The notes under the pieces were generated by a model. The model was not told where the DNA came from, searched no databases, and saw only the letters and a list, made by a program, of their open reading frames with translations. From assembly GCA_050251055.1 (NCBI GenBank), contig JBFWNL010000002.1:448001-512000 (forward strand): a DNA stretch of 64,000 nt. Reading direction: 5' to 3'. The DNA is from Bacteriovoracia bacterium (GTDB taxonomy: Bacteria; Bdellovibrionota; UBA1018; JBFWNL01). The stretch's first letter is position 1, and every line of letters begins with the position of its first letter. Made by a program: the position numbers and the translations under genes. Below, piece by piece: positions 47,745 through 57,070 of the stretch.

Positions 47745-48998
47745 ATGAAATCGAGTTTGAAAAGCCGGCCGCGTCCAGGCCTCCGCTTCGACCCGAAACT
47801 CGAAGCGGAGTGGCGTTGGTATTTTGACGAACAGGCGCCGAACTTCGTGCGCCAAACGTTCAGCCCCCCCAAACGCATTAAACAATCGCGGCCCTTCGGC
47901 GAGCCCGATGCCGCGTTTTTCTTCTCGGGGATCGCGGAGCTATCGGACTTTTTCACCGTTGACCGAGCCGGTGGACGCGAGCGCGGGCGGGTTCCCAACT
48001 ACTTCTCGCATCCGCGCTTCCGCTCGTCGTACTTGCTCTACCTCTTTCCTTTGCAAGCCGCCAAATTCCTGCACCTCTGCCAACTCCACTTCCCTAAGCT
48101 ACCCGAACGAAAGCGCATCCGAGTGCTCGACGTGGGCGCCGGACCCGGTACCGCCTCGATCGCGTTTCTGATGCATCTCTTTGATCTCGCGCGTGCGGAG
48201 GGGAAAGACATCGCGCCGCCGGACGTGGAGATGCTGTGGGTGGACACCAATCTCGAGATCATGCGCGACGGGCAAACCTTGATGCAAAACTGGCTGCGCG
48301 AACGCCCCGGCAAGAACCCCGCCGTGACTTTACAGCTACAACGCGAGGATTGGAGCCGGCTGCAACCCAAGGGTTTCGACTATATTTTCCTGGGTAACGT
48401 TCTGAATGAGCTGCATCATCGCGCCGACGAAACCCGAGCCCTCCTGGCGCGGATGATGTCGGCAAACCCTGGCGCGCATTTCCTCTTCGTCGAACCCGCC
48501 GACAAGGGCTCCTCCCAGCTCTTGGCTAAAGTAAGAGACGGTCTCGTAATGAAGGGCACTGACCCCACGGGCCCCGACTCGTCCGGAGGGGCGCCGCCCG
48601 CGAAACTCATTGGACCGTGCCTGCACGCAGAAAAGTGTCCCCTTACCGACGGCCGCGACTGGTGCCACTTTTCGGTCCCCGCCGAAATTCCAGGGAAGTG
48701 GTTCCTGAACTTCTCAAAACGCCTGGGTTCCGCGCGCACGTGGATCAAGTTCTCCTACCTGTGTCTGGTGGAAAAGAGCGGTGCCACTCCCGCGCCCGCG
48801 CCGGGAAACGCCCGTCTCGTACTTACCGATCCGCTCCGCGGGAAAGACGGAAAGACGCAGATCCTGCTCTGCGAACCGGAGCGCCCCCATCGCTGGGCCG
48901 TGCCGCCTAAGAGTGGGATTCATCGCGGAGATATCGTGGAAAGCGGGGCCTTCACCCCGTTAAAAACCGTAGCCGACACTAAACGAGATCGACGTTGA
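47745..48998 (+). CDS. Rsm22/METTL17-family SAM-dependent methyltransferase-like protein
   Basis: YLLY, VLDVGAGPGTAS, NVLNEL, VEP, GPCLH...CPL....WCHF, KFSYL, LLC. Confidence 0.78.
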   Translation: MKSSLKSRPRPGLRFDPKLEAEWRWYFDEQAPNFVRQTFSPPKRIKQSRPFGEPDAAFFFSGIAELSDFFTVDRAGGRERGRVPNYFSHPRFRSSYLLYLFPLQAAKFLHLCQLHFPKLPERKRIRVLDVGAGPGTASIAFLMHLFDLARAEGKDIAPPDVEMLWVDTNLEIMRDGQTLMQNWLRERPGKNPAVTLQLQREDWSRLQPKGFDYIFLGNVLNELHHRADETRALLARMMSANPGAHFLFVEPADKGSSQLLAKVRDGLVMKGTDPTGPDSSGGAPPAKLIGPCLHAEKCPLTDGRDWCHFSVPAEIPGKWFLNFSKRLGSARTWIKFSYLCLVEKSGATPAPAPGNARLVLTDPLRGKDGKTQILLCEPERPHRWAVPPKSGIHRGDIVESGAFTPLKTVADTKRDRR

Positions 48999-50072
48999 GG
49001 CCACCGCCGTGGTGGAAACGCCATCTTCACCCGGCAGGGCGAAAGAGACGTTGGCGTAGTCGAGGTTGAACGTCATCGGATGGCCGTTCTTGAGGGGAAG
49101 TACATAGCCCGCCCCAGCCGCGAGTTCGCGATTCCCGAAAGGGAGACCGATAATGGGCGAGTACTTGGCATACACCAGCAGGGAGCTTCCGCCGGCGAAC
49201 GCGCGGGACAGCACGGGGAAAAACTGCGGACCGGCCATATTTTTGAAGCCGAACGCGTTTTCCGTGACGATCATAGTGGTGAAATACCAGCCCGCCATCA
49301 AGCTCAACTTCCAGGGCGCTTTCACGAACGGCAGCGAGTAGCCGACCCGGCCGTTGATCCCCAAAAACCGGGCGGAAACTTTGACCGTGCTCGCACTCGC
49401 CGTCGTCGAAAACAGCGACGTCGAAGGATCGTAGTAGACGGTCGTCTGGCTAATGGGCAGCGCGGTGATGAACGTATTAAAAGCCAGATCCCACCGCGGC
49501 GGAGCAAGCAGGTAACCCAGCGATAGCTTGGCGGTCAGGCCAATCAGCGAGATGTCCGGCACGTTCTGTTCTTGGTAGTTGATGAAGCTCGGCCCCATGG
49601 AAACAAATAGGTTGAACCGTTTACGCTGGGCGAAACCATCCTTGGGATAGGTTTTGCGAAAATCCGCGAATTCCGAAAAGTTCACGAACAGGATAATGTC
49701 TTTCTTCTGCGACGGCCCCACGGCCTTGAGGACGACCTGGGTCTTAGGCCCCGTCAACGGAACGCGAAAAATAAAATTGGTGGTGTTCGAGCCCTGCTTC
49801 ACCAGCCACTGCCGGTTCCAGAACAAACCCCAGCCTTTTTTCCGAAACTCACCCTTAATGAGCACGACCGGACTCGTCTGGTCCCCTTCCCGCGATGCGT
49901 GGACCTTAATCTTACGATATCTCCAGAAAAGCTGCGGATCGGACTCGTCCGGGTTCGGCGAGGGCGAGACGATGGCCTGGTACTCCTTCGCCGCGTGCGC
50001 GTTCGACACGGCGATCCCTGTTCCCAGCAAAACCATCGCGATGAGGCACTTACTTAAGTTCAGCATCCGCAT
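48960..50072 (-). CDS. Putative outer-membrane beta-barrel protein (paralog A)
   Basis: Signal peptide, alternating amphipathic strands, C-terminal SFSVGYGF. Confidence 0.7.
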   Translation of the reverse strand: MRMLNLSKCLIAMVLLGTGIAVSNAHAAKEYQAIVSPSPNPDESDPQLFWRYRKIKVHASREGDQTSPVVLIKGEFRKKGWGLFWNRQWLVKQGSNTTNFIFRVPLTGPKTQVVLKAVGPSQKKDIILFVNFSEFADFRKTYPKDGFAQRKRFNLFVSMGPSFINYQEQNVPDISLIGLTAKLSLGYLLAPPRWDLAFNTFITALPISQTTVYYDPSTSLFSTTASASTVKVSARFLGINGRVGYSLPFVKAPWKLSLMAGWYFTTMIVTENAFGFKNMAGPQFFPVLSRAFAGGSSLLVYAKYSPIIGLPFGNRELAAGAGYVLPLKNGHPMTFNLDYANVSFALPGEDGVSTTAVASTSISFSVGYGF

Positions 50073-50190
50073 AAGCGTCGATCTTTATATGGTAAGCGGG
50101 TGAAACCGACGGTTCAACCGATAAAGTGGAATCGCGGCGCTAGATCTCGGGGAGGGAAATTATTTCCCAGAGAGAATTTTGACGACCGAA

Positions 50191-51321
50191 TCAAAGGCCG
50201 TAGCCCAAGCTGAAGGAAAGGGAGTTCGATTGCACGGTCACGGGCGCCGGCAAGTTCACGCTTGAGAAGCGAAAATAAAGATTCGCGTAATCCAAGTTGA
50301 AGGTGACAGGATGCCCGTTCTTGAGCATCACCAGGTAACCCAGGCCAGTGGCGATCTCGCGGTTGGAAAACGTCAGCCCCAATATCGGCGAGAATTTGGC
50401 ATAGAGAAACATCGTGCTTCCGCCGGAAAACGTGCGGGAAATCATCGGGAAAATCTGGGGCCCGACCATGTTGCGATACCCCATCACGCTTGAGCTCACT
50501 AGCATCGTCGCGAGGTACCAGCCCGCGTGCAAGCTGAGCTTCCAAGGCGGGGACACGAACGGAAACGCGTAGCCGATGCGCCCGTTCACGCCCAAGAAAC
50601 GCACCGTGGGTTTGATCGTGTTCGCATTGGGGGAGCTATAGAATCGGGAGGTTCCGGCCGCCGAACCCCGCTGTTCCTCGGGGCGCGGATCCACGTTCAA
50701 ATCTGTTTGGCTGAGCGACAATGCCGTGATGAAAGCATTGAATGCGAGATCCCAGCGCGGCGGAAACAGAAAGTACGAAAGCGATATCTTGGTCGTCAGC
50801 GCCGTGTAATGAAACGCCGGCACGCTGTCCTCCTGATAGAAAACATAAGTAGGGCCCAGCGACAGGTAAAAATTGAAACGCTTCTGGCGAATGACGATTT
50901 CCTTCGGGTTGGTTTTCCGGAAATCCGAAAACTCATGGAAAACCACGGAGATCTTGACGTCTTTTTCCACGCCCCCACCCGACACCTTCAGCAGCACCGG
51001 CGTCACCTCGCCCGTGAGGGGCAAGCGAAAGAGAAAGTTCGAAGTAGACGCGCCGGCCTTCTTGAGTACCTGCTTATTCCAAACCAACGAGGAGCCTTTG
51101 CGCTCGAAGATCCCCTTGATGAGAACGACCGGCGAAAGCTCGTCGCCTTCCATCGACACCTGGACGTTGAGCTTACGAAACTTCCAATAGAGATCGGGAT
51201 CGCTCTCGACTTCCTTATCCGAGGGCACGAGGACCGCTTGGTAGTCTTTGGCGGACGCCCCCGGAACGTTACCGAAGACGGCCAATCCGATCAGAGCTGC
51301 CAAACCCCAAGCCGCGCGCAT
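50191..51321 (-). CDS. Putative outer-membrane beta-barrel protein (paralog B)
   Basis: ATG 51321 gives a signal peptide; collinear similarity to paralog A; ends SFSLGYGL. Confidence 0.7.
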   Translation of the reverse strand: MRAAWGLAALIGLAVFGNVPGASAKDYQAVLVPSDKEVESDPDLYWKFRKLNVQVSMEGDELSPVVLIKGIFERKGSSLVWNKQVLKKAGASTSNFLFRLPLTGEVTPVLLKVSGGGVEKDVKISVVFHEFSDFRKTNPKEIVIRQKRFNFYLSLGPTYVFYQEDSVPAFHYTALTTKISLSYFLFPPRWDLAFNAFITALSLSQTDLNVDPRPEEQRGSAAGTSRFYSSPNANTIKPTVRFLGVNGRIGYAFPFVSPPWKLSLHAGWYLATMLVSSSVMGYRNMVGPQIFPMISRTFSGGSTMFLYAKFSPILGLTFSNREIATGLGYLVMLKNGHPVTFNLDYANLYFRFSSVNLPAPVTVQSNSLSFSLGYGL

Positions 51322-51334
51322 TCCCTGAGTATAT

Positions 51335-52588
51335 TCAATCGCCTCTGAATAACAAAGTGGCGAAAAAACCATCCGGCTCTCCCGGATCGGCCGGGGAAAG
51401 CCGCCACTCCGCGAGCGAGCGCCAATTGTCCGCCGATGCTCTCGCCGCCAGCCACGCCTCCACGCACTGGGGGCCTTCCTCCGGGAGCACCGAACAGACC
51501 GAATAGAGCAGGTACCCCTGGGGCCGCACCCGAACGGCGCCTTCGTCAAGCAGCTGGGATTGGATAGCCAACAACGATTTTAATCCGGCTTCCTGCTTGG
51601 TCCATCTCACCTCGGGGTGCCTCCGCAGAAGACCCGTGCTCGTGCACGGCGCATCGACCCAGACCCAGTCGTAGCGCGTCTCTCCCAAGCCCTCCGGAGA
51701 CGACACTTTCACCGAGGTCGCGCCCACGCGGGCCAGGTTTTCGCGAAGCCGCGTGATCCGCCCCGGATCGACGTCCGATGCCGTCACCCGATAGCCCTGC
51801 CATGCCAAGCCCATCGTCTTGCCGCCAGGGGCGGCGCAGAGATCGAGCACCTCGGCGTCGGCCCCGCCCCGACTCTTCACGATACCACCCGCTTCAAACA
51901 AGACGCGCTGACTAGACAGATCCTGGACGAAAAATTCCCCGGCGCGAAACTCCGGACGCTCCGTAAAAGGACTGGCGCCTTCCCAACGAAAGGAGCCGGG
52001 CACGGGGCCCACTTCTCCCAGCCCATCGGCGGCAAGCCGAGACGCGAGCTCCGCGGTTCGGCAATGCAACCAGACCGACGGTCGCGTGAGCGAGCCACGT
52101 GCGTAGCGGGCGGCCCAATCGGCGCCATAATAGGCCTCCCACTTTCGCCACATCCAAGCGGGCACGCTGTACCAGGCCGACAACTGCTCCGAAGTAATAT
52201 CCTCGGGCGGATAGGCGCCCTGCCCCCACCGTTCCCGATCAGCGGCGACTTTGCGTAAGAGCGCATTCGCGAAGCCAGCCGGCGCCGCACCGTCTTTCCG
52301 CTTAATCTCCTCGACCGTTTCATTGATGACGAGGGCAACCGGCGTATCCGGTTGGGCTAATAGTTGGTAAATGCCGATTTCAAGCGCGCGCCGAAGCCAG
52401 CCCGTGGGCTTTTTTTTCTGGCTATATCTCCCAAGCAGCCAATCGATACGGCCGCGCCAACGAACCGCGCCCTGGACCACCTCGCGCATCCACGGCGTCC
52501 AGTCCGCTATTTCTCCGGGAGAAATTTCGCCCGCAGCGGCCGCGCCTAGCTTTTGAATGGCGAGCGCGCGGGGTCTAGCGGGCTCCAT
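51335..52588 (-). CDS. rsmB: 16S rRNA m5C methyltransferase, RsmB/Sun family with NusB-like domain
   Basis: GFANALLR, FVQD.SS, DLCAAPGGKT, DAPCTSTG..RRHPE, YSVCS..PEE. Confidence 0.85.
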   Translation of the reverse strand: MEPARPRALAIQKLGAAAAGEISPGEIADWTPWMREVVQGAVRWRGRIDWLLGRYSQKKKPTGWLRRALEIGIYQLLAQPDTPVALVINETVEEIKRKDGAAPAGFANALLRKVAADRERWGQGAYPPEDITSEQLSAWYSVPAWMWRKWEAYYGADWAARYARGSLTRPSVWLHCRTAELASRLAADGLGEVGPVPGSFRWEGASPFTERPEFRAGEFFVQDLSSQRVLFEAGGIVKSRGGADAEVLDLCAAPGGKTMGLAWQGYRVTASDVDPGRITRLRENLARVGATSVKVSSPEGLGETRYDWVWVDAPCTSTGLLRRHPEVRWTKQEAGLKSLLAIQSQLLDEGAVRVRPQGYLLYSVCSVLPEEGPQCVEAWLAARASADNWRSLAEWRLSPADPGEPDGFFATLLFRGD

Positions 52589-53618
52589 TCCAGAGCCAAT
52601 AGATGCCGGGTGCGCGGCGAGCGCCGCCGCCATCTAACTCACCTAGACCCAATCGCGCCAGCACCTGATCCGCCAGCCGCTCCACGAGTCCACCCGCCCG
52701 GGCGCGACTGTCCTCTTCGTCGGGTTGATCGAGCAAAAATTCGAGCAGCCGATCACGCCGGTGCTCACGTGGGTAAACCACGCGCGGTTCTCCTTTGATG
52801 TCGGCCAGCTTGCCTGCCTCGGCAATCGCGTCCTGGAGGGTGCCGAGCTGGTCCACGAGCTTCAGCTCCTTCGCCTGCTCGCCCGAGAAGATGCGGCCAT
52901 CCGCGATGGGCGTGATTTTCTCGAGGGGTAGCTTGCGGCCTTCGGCGACCGCGCGCTTGAACTGCGCGAGCACGTTATCGAGCATGCCTTGAAAAAGCGC
53001 GCGTTCTTCCGCCGTCATTTCTCGGTAGCTCGCCCCGCCGTCCTTGAACTTGCCGGTTTTAATCGCGAAGCGCTGGATCTTCGCCCACTCATAAAGGCGC
53101 TGCAGATTCGCGAACTCCATGATCACGCCGATCGATCCCGTGATCGTGCCGGGGTTCGAGAAAATCTTACGCGCGGCCATGGCCACGTAGAAACCGCCGC
53201 TGGCGGCCACGGATCCCATCGAAGCTACGACCGGTTTCTTGGCGTTGAGCTTTTTCACGGCTTCGTAGATCTCCTGCGACGGGCCCACCGCGCCCCCGGG
53301 GGAATCCACCCGGATCACGACGGCCTTGATGCGGTCGCTCTTCTCGAATTTCCGAATCTGCTTCGTGAGTTTCTTGGACTCCATGATCACGCCGCTCAGC
53401 TCGATCACGCCCACCGCGCCCGAGTTGCCGTCGAAAATGGCCGTCCGGCTTTCCTTGCCGTCCTCCCAGTCGCCGGGGCCGCCGAAAAAGAACATTGCGC
53501 CGGCGATCGCGAGGAAGATCATGAAGAAAACCCCCGACAGGATCAATACGAGAGCGAGGGGGCTCATTTTCTTCTTCGTAGGTGCGGGAGATGGAGGAAG
53601 CGGTGACATTTGGTCCAT
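52575..53618 (-). CDS. sppA: Signal peptide peptidase (S49)
   Basis: DSPGG, AASGGFY, TGSIGV, GKFKD, ADGRIFSG..A..LVD. Confidence 0.93.
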   Translation of the reverse strand: MDQMSPLPPSPAPTKKKMSPLALVLILSGVFFMIFLAIAGAMFFFGGPGDWEDGKESRTAIFDGNSGAVGVIELSGVIMESKKLTKQIRKFEKSDRIKAVVIRVDSPGGAVGPSQEIYEAVKKLNAKKPVVASMGSVAASGGFYVAMAARKIFSNPGTITGSIGVIMEFANLQRLYEWAKIQRFAIKTGKFKDGGASYREMTAEERALFQGMLDNVLAQFKRAVAEGRKLPLEKITPIADGRIFSGEQAKELKLVDQLGTLQDAIAEAGKLADIKGEPRVVYPREHRRDRLLEFLLDQPDEEDSRARAGGLVERLADQVLARLGLGELDGGGARRAPGIYWLWNGAR

Positions 53619-53667
53619 AGACCCGCGAGTTTAATCAAACTCGGGGAAAACCCCAACCGGTATCCGC

Positions 53668-55008
53668 TTACTTTTTTCCGACTATTCGCGTCATCCGAAG
53701 GTGCTCCGCCTGCGGGGCTTGTTGGGAGCCATGAGCCGCAATCACGGCCCGGTAGTAGTCCGCCGAGGGGTGCGCCCGACGCTCGAACGTCTCGTAGTCC
53801 ACGTGATAAAGACCAAAGCGCGGGCCAAACCCCTTGATCCACTCAAAGTTATCGAGAAGCGACCAATAATAGTAACCGCGAATGTCCGCGCCCTTTTCGA
53901 TGGCCCGGGCGATCTCAAGTAGGTGCTGGCGGATAAACTCGGCGCGATGCGCGTCGTCCCGATCGGCAATGCCATTTTCCGTCACGTAGATCGGCAGTCC
54001 GTAGCGGGCAGCCCCTTTGAGCACTCGGCGAAAACCGCGCGGATGAATAGCCCATCCCACGTCCGACATCGCCTCCTGCCGGCGGGCGAACGAAATTCCG
54101 AAGGGCAGCTGCGCGGTATTTCCCGCTTCCTTCGTCTTCGGTTGCCAGCGAAGATAGCCTTTCGTGTAATAGTTCACGCCCAAGAAGTCCACGGACCGGC
54201 GCCCCTGGGCTTCCTTCACCGGACGGATGTTCGGTAAAACCCCCGCCACCTCGAAGTTTTGTGACCGCCCGAGCACGGCCTCGATCCACGACCAGTTGTA
54301 GAACTTGGAAAGGCTCCACGTGAGCGCCCACTCCAGAGGATGCCAAACCCGGTCCGGACGAAAATCAATGAAGTTATGGGCCAGTCCGACTTCCACGGGA
54401 CTCCCTCTTTCCGCGGCTTCTTGGTGGATCCAGTCGTACGCCAGCACGTGAGCGCGGAGAAGATTGTGGATCGCATGATTCGCGCGCCGCGGATCGAACT
54501 CGGCGGGAGGCATGAAGCCGGCGAGATAGCTTCCAATCACGAGCACCATGGGTTCGTTGAACGTGCACCAATGAAAGACCCGATGGCCCATCACTTCGAC
54601 GACCTTCTTCACGAAGTTCAGGAAAAGGTCGGGCGCCGCGCGCTGGGCGAAGCCTCCCTGGGCGGTGAACCAAGCGGGCGAGGTGAAATGATGCAAAGTC
54701 GCCATCGGCAGAATTCCGTGACGTTCGCATTCGGTGATCAAATCCAGGTACCACGCGATCGCCGAAGGGTCCCACTTCCCTCGCTCGGGCTCGATGCGTG
54801 ACCACTCGATGGAAAAACGGTAGCTATTGAGCTTCAGCTCGGCCGCGAGCCGGATATCCTCCCGAAATCGGTGGAAGTGATCCGTCGCCTTGCCGGATAG
54901 GACGCCGCCCTCGATCTTGCCCAGCTGCTCCCACTCCCACCAGTCATTGCGGGAGTTATAACCTTCGATCTGATGCGCGCTCGTGGCCGCGCCCCACAGA
55001 AATTTCAC
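53668..55008 (-). CDS. Glycoside hydrolase family 1 (beta-glucosidase)
   Basis: FLWGAATSAHQIEG, YRFSIEWSRI, TFNEP acid/base, YVTENG nucleophile, WSLLDNFEW; no signal peptide. Confidence 0.95.
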   Translation of the reverse strand: MKFLWGAATSAHQIEGYNSRNDWWEWEQLGKIEGGVLSGKATDHFHRFREDIRLAAELKLNSYRFSIEWSRIEPERGKWDPSAIAWYLDLITECERHGILPMATLHHFTSPAWFTAQGGFAQRAAPDLFLNFVKKVVEVMGHRVFHWCTFNEPMVLVIGSYLAGFMPPAEFDPRRANHAIHNLLRAHVLAYDWIHQEAAERGSPVEVGLAHNFIDFRPDRVWHPLEWALTWSLSKFYNWSWIEAVLGRSQNFEVAGVLPNIRPVKEAQGRRSVDFLGVNYYTKGYLRWQPKTKEAGNTAQLPFGISFARRQEAMSDVGWAIHPRGFRRVLKGAARYGLPIYVTENGIADRDDAHRAEFIRQHLLEIARAIEKGADIRGYYYWSLLDNFEWIKGFGPRFGLYHVDYETFERRAHPSADYYRAVIAAHGSQQAPQAEHLRMTRIVGKK

Positions 55009-55012
55009 GTCG

Positions 55013-56218
55013 TCACACCGTTTCTTTGGCTAAAGCAGGCGACGACGGAGCGCCCCCGTCTAGGGCCGGATGGGAGGCTCCCTCTAGGATTCCACCCGGG
55101 AGCAACCGCATACGGCGGCCGCGCCAAAGGATCGTGTCCCCGCAAATCGTGTCGAGCCAGAGCGGGATCGCGATCAGCTCGCGAAAAAACCAAGCCAGCG
55201 GCATCCAACGGCTCCAACGCATCCCCATCGCGCGCATCTGCCAAATATCCAAGGCTCCCCAAATGAGAAGATGCGCGGCCAGAAACTGATCCATCGGCAC
55301 TTGCCAAAGCCAATTGGCGCCGATCGCGCCCAAGATCCCGCTGAGCACCGAGCCCAGGAGCGGCTCGGCCAGGATCGCCAGCGGCACCTGCGCCTTGCGG
55401 ATGCGGCCCCAACGGACGTGCCGGGCCCAGAAGGCGCCGAGCGCGTAACGCCCGATGGGCTGGGAAATGGGATCGGTCACGGTGACGATACGCAGGCCCA
55501 AGCGCCGCATCGCCTCGCCGGTCATGTAGTCCTCGGCCAGGAAGCGCCCCAGGGAGCGCAGCCCGCCGAAGCGCTCCGCATTGCGCTTTTGGAACATCAT
55601 GGATTTACCCATCACGCACGGGCGGCCAAACACGCGGTCGGACACCACCATCCAACGGGCGTAGTAGGTATTCAGGAACACCGCCTCGAGATGGCCAAAG
55701 AAACCCCTTGGATCGCAGCCGCCAACGACGGAGGTCAAAACCCCTACCCCAGGCTCAATATGGGCGACCATGCGCTTGAGCGCGTCGGGCCGGACGCGCA
55801 CGTTACTATCGGTGATCCAGATCCAATCGTGGGCCGCCGCGCGGTAACTGCGCGCCATATTATTCACCTTGGGGTTCATCCCGATCTTTTCGTCGCCCAT
55901 GATGAGACGGGCGCGCACCCGCGGAAACTTCCGCAGCAGGCGCTCCACCACGGCGCGGGCGGGATCTAGAGGATCGGCGATCGTAAATAGAATTTCGAAG
56001 ACCGGATAATCCAGATGGAAAAACGTCTCGAGATTTTCTTCCAGAGCATGATCGACTCCTTTGAGGGGCTTCAAAATAGAAATGGGATACAGCCCAAACG
56101 GCGCATCGAGATGGGGCGGTGGCTGTTTAAAGTGCCGCCTGGTTAACCTGGTCCCGAAGATCGTCATCCCCAGGACCGCGGCCCAGATCGCGCACATTAA
56201 TATACTTTCGGGGGTCAC
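55013..56218 (-). CDS. Ceramide glucosyltransferase-like (GT21)
   Basis: N-terminal TM, SILKPLKG, NPKVNNM, DSNV, GKSMMF, LAEDY, RHVRW; GTG 56218 with GAGG upstream. Confidence 0.85.
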   Translation of the reverse strand: MTPESILMCAIWAAVLGMTIFGTRLTRRHFKQPPPHLDAPFGLYPISILKPLKGVDHALEENLETFFHLDYPVFEILFTIADPLDPARAVVERLLRKFPRVRARLIMGDEKIGMNPKVNNMARSYRAAAHDWIWITDSNVRVRPDALKRMVAHIEPGVGVLTSVVGGCDPRGFFGHLEAVFLNTYYARWMVVSDRVFGRPCVMGKSMMFQKRNAERFGGLRSLGRFLAEDYMTGEAMRRLGLRIVTVTDPISQPIGRYALGAFWARHVRWGRIRKAQVPLAILAEPLLGSVLSGILGAIGANWLWQVPMDQFLAAHLLIWGALDIWQMRAMGMRWSRWMPLAWFFRELIAIPLWLDTICGDTILWRGRRMRLLPGGILEGASHPALDGGAPSSPALAKETV

Positions 56219-56912
56219 TCTTTCTTTCCTCGTCGTAGTAAACAATTTTGAGATCCTGCCGGCGGATCGCCCGCATGATCGCCTCGGGATGGCGCTCGCA
56301 ATCGAGCGCCGTTTTCCAAGAGGTCATCTGGTTCCGAACGTGCAAATCGCTGTTGGCCAGCTTTGGCAGCCGGCTCTCCGCCACTTCGGAAAACAGATAG
56401 GGGCCGCTCGCGACTTCCCAGGCGTCGAACAGCTCCGCCAGCTCGCGGCGGCGCGACCAGATATGGAAAGTCTGCTTCTCCACTTTGCGCGTGAAGACGG
56501 GATGGGCGACCACGGATAGGCCGCCCGCTTCGCGAATCGAGGTGGCGATATCGGCCACGTCGTCGTTGGCGTCGAGGAATTCCTCGACATTAAGCGCGAG
56601 CACGTGCGCGGAGCGGGAGTTCGCCACCGAGTTTTTGGTGAGTTCGAGGCCAGGCAGGAGCACCATTCCGTACTGCTCGCGCGCACGCTCGGCCTCGGAG
56701 CGGAGAATTTCGATGTATAAAGGAAAGGTCGCCGGGGTAAGGGTGTGCTCGAGCATCCGGGCGGCTTTACCCAAAAAGGTGCCGCTTTCGCAAAGATGGT
56801 CGGTGATGGCGATCGCACCAAACCCCTGTTCTCCGTACAGGTCCACGAGCTCCGGGATCGACAGCTTCCCGTCGCTGAAATTCGAATGAATGTGAAAGTC
56901 AGCTAGGAACAT
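56127..56912 (-). CDS. PHP-domain phosphoesterase
   Basis: DFHIHS..SDG, AITDH, GLE, AHV, AHP, NSDLH metal ligands. Confidence 0.88.
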   Translation of the reverse strand: MFLADFHIHSNFSDGKLSIPELVDLYGEQGFGAIAITDHLCESGTFLGKAARMLEHTLTPATFPLYIEILRSEAERAREQYGMVLLPGLELTKNSVANSRSAHVLALNVEEFLDANDDVADIATSIREAGGLSVVAHPVFTRKVEKQTFHIWSRRRELAELFDAWEVASGPYLFSEVAESRLPKLANSDLHVRNQMTSWKTALDCERHPEAIMRAIRRQDLKIVYYDEERKSDPRKYINVRDLGRGPGDDDLRDQVNQAAL

Positions 56913-57005
56913 CCCCTCTAGTATCGGGCATTTCCTGGCGGCGGGTGTCAGATGACGGTTTGGTCCGGGTTAGGATTTGGTTTCCCTAACCGAATCCTAA
57001 AAAGC

Positions 57006-57036
57006 AAAAAGCCGTCGGGTTTCCCCGACGGCTTTT
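57006..57036 (-). terminator. Intrinsic terminator of rpsA
   Basis: AAAAGCCGTCGGG-tttc-CCCGACGGCTTTT hairpin flanked by A/T runs. Confidence 0.8.
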
Positions 57037-57070
57037 AAACCTTGAATACCGGAAGATTAGGCTAAACCGC

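Noticed and set aside
51322-51549. N-terminal extension of outer-membrane paralog B
   Set aside because: Overlaps rsmB; the signal peptide and paralog alignment begin at ATG 51321
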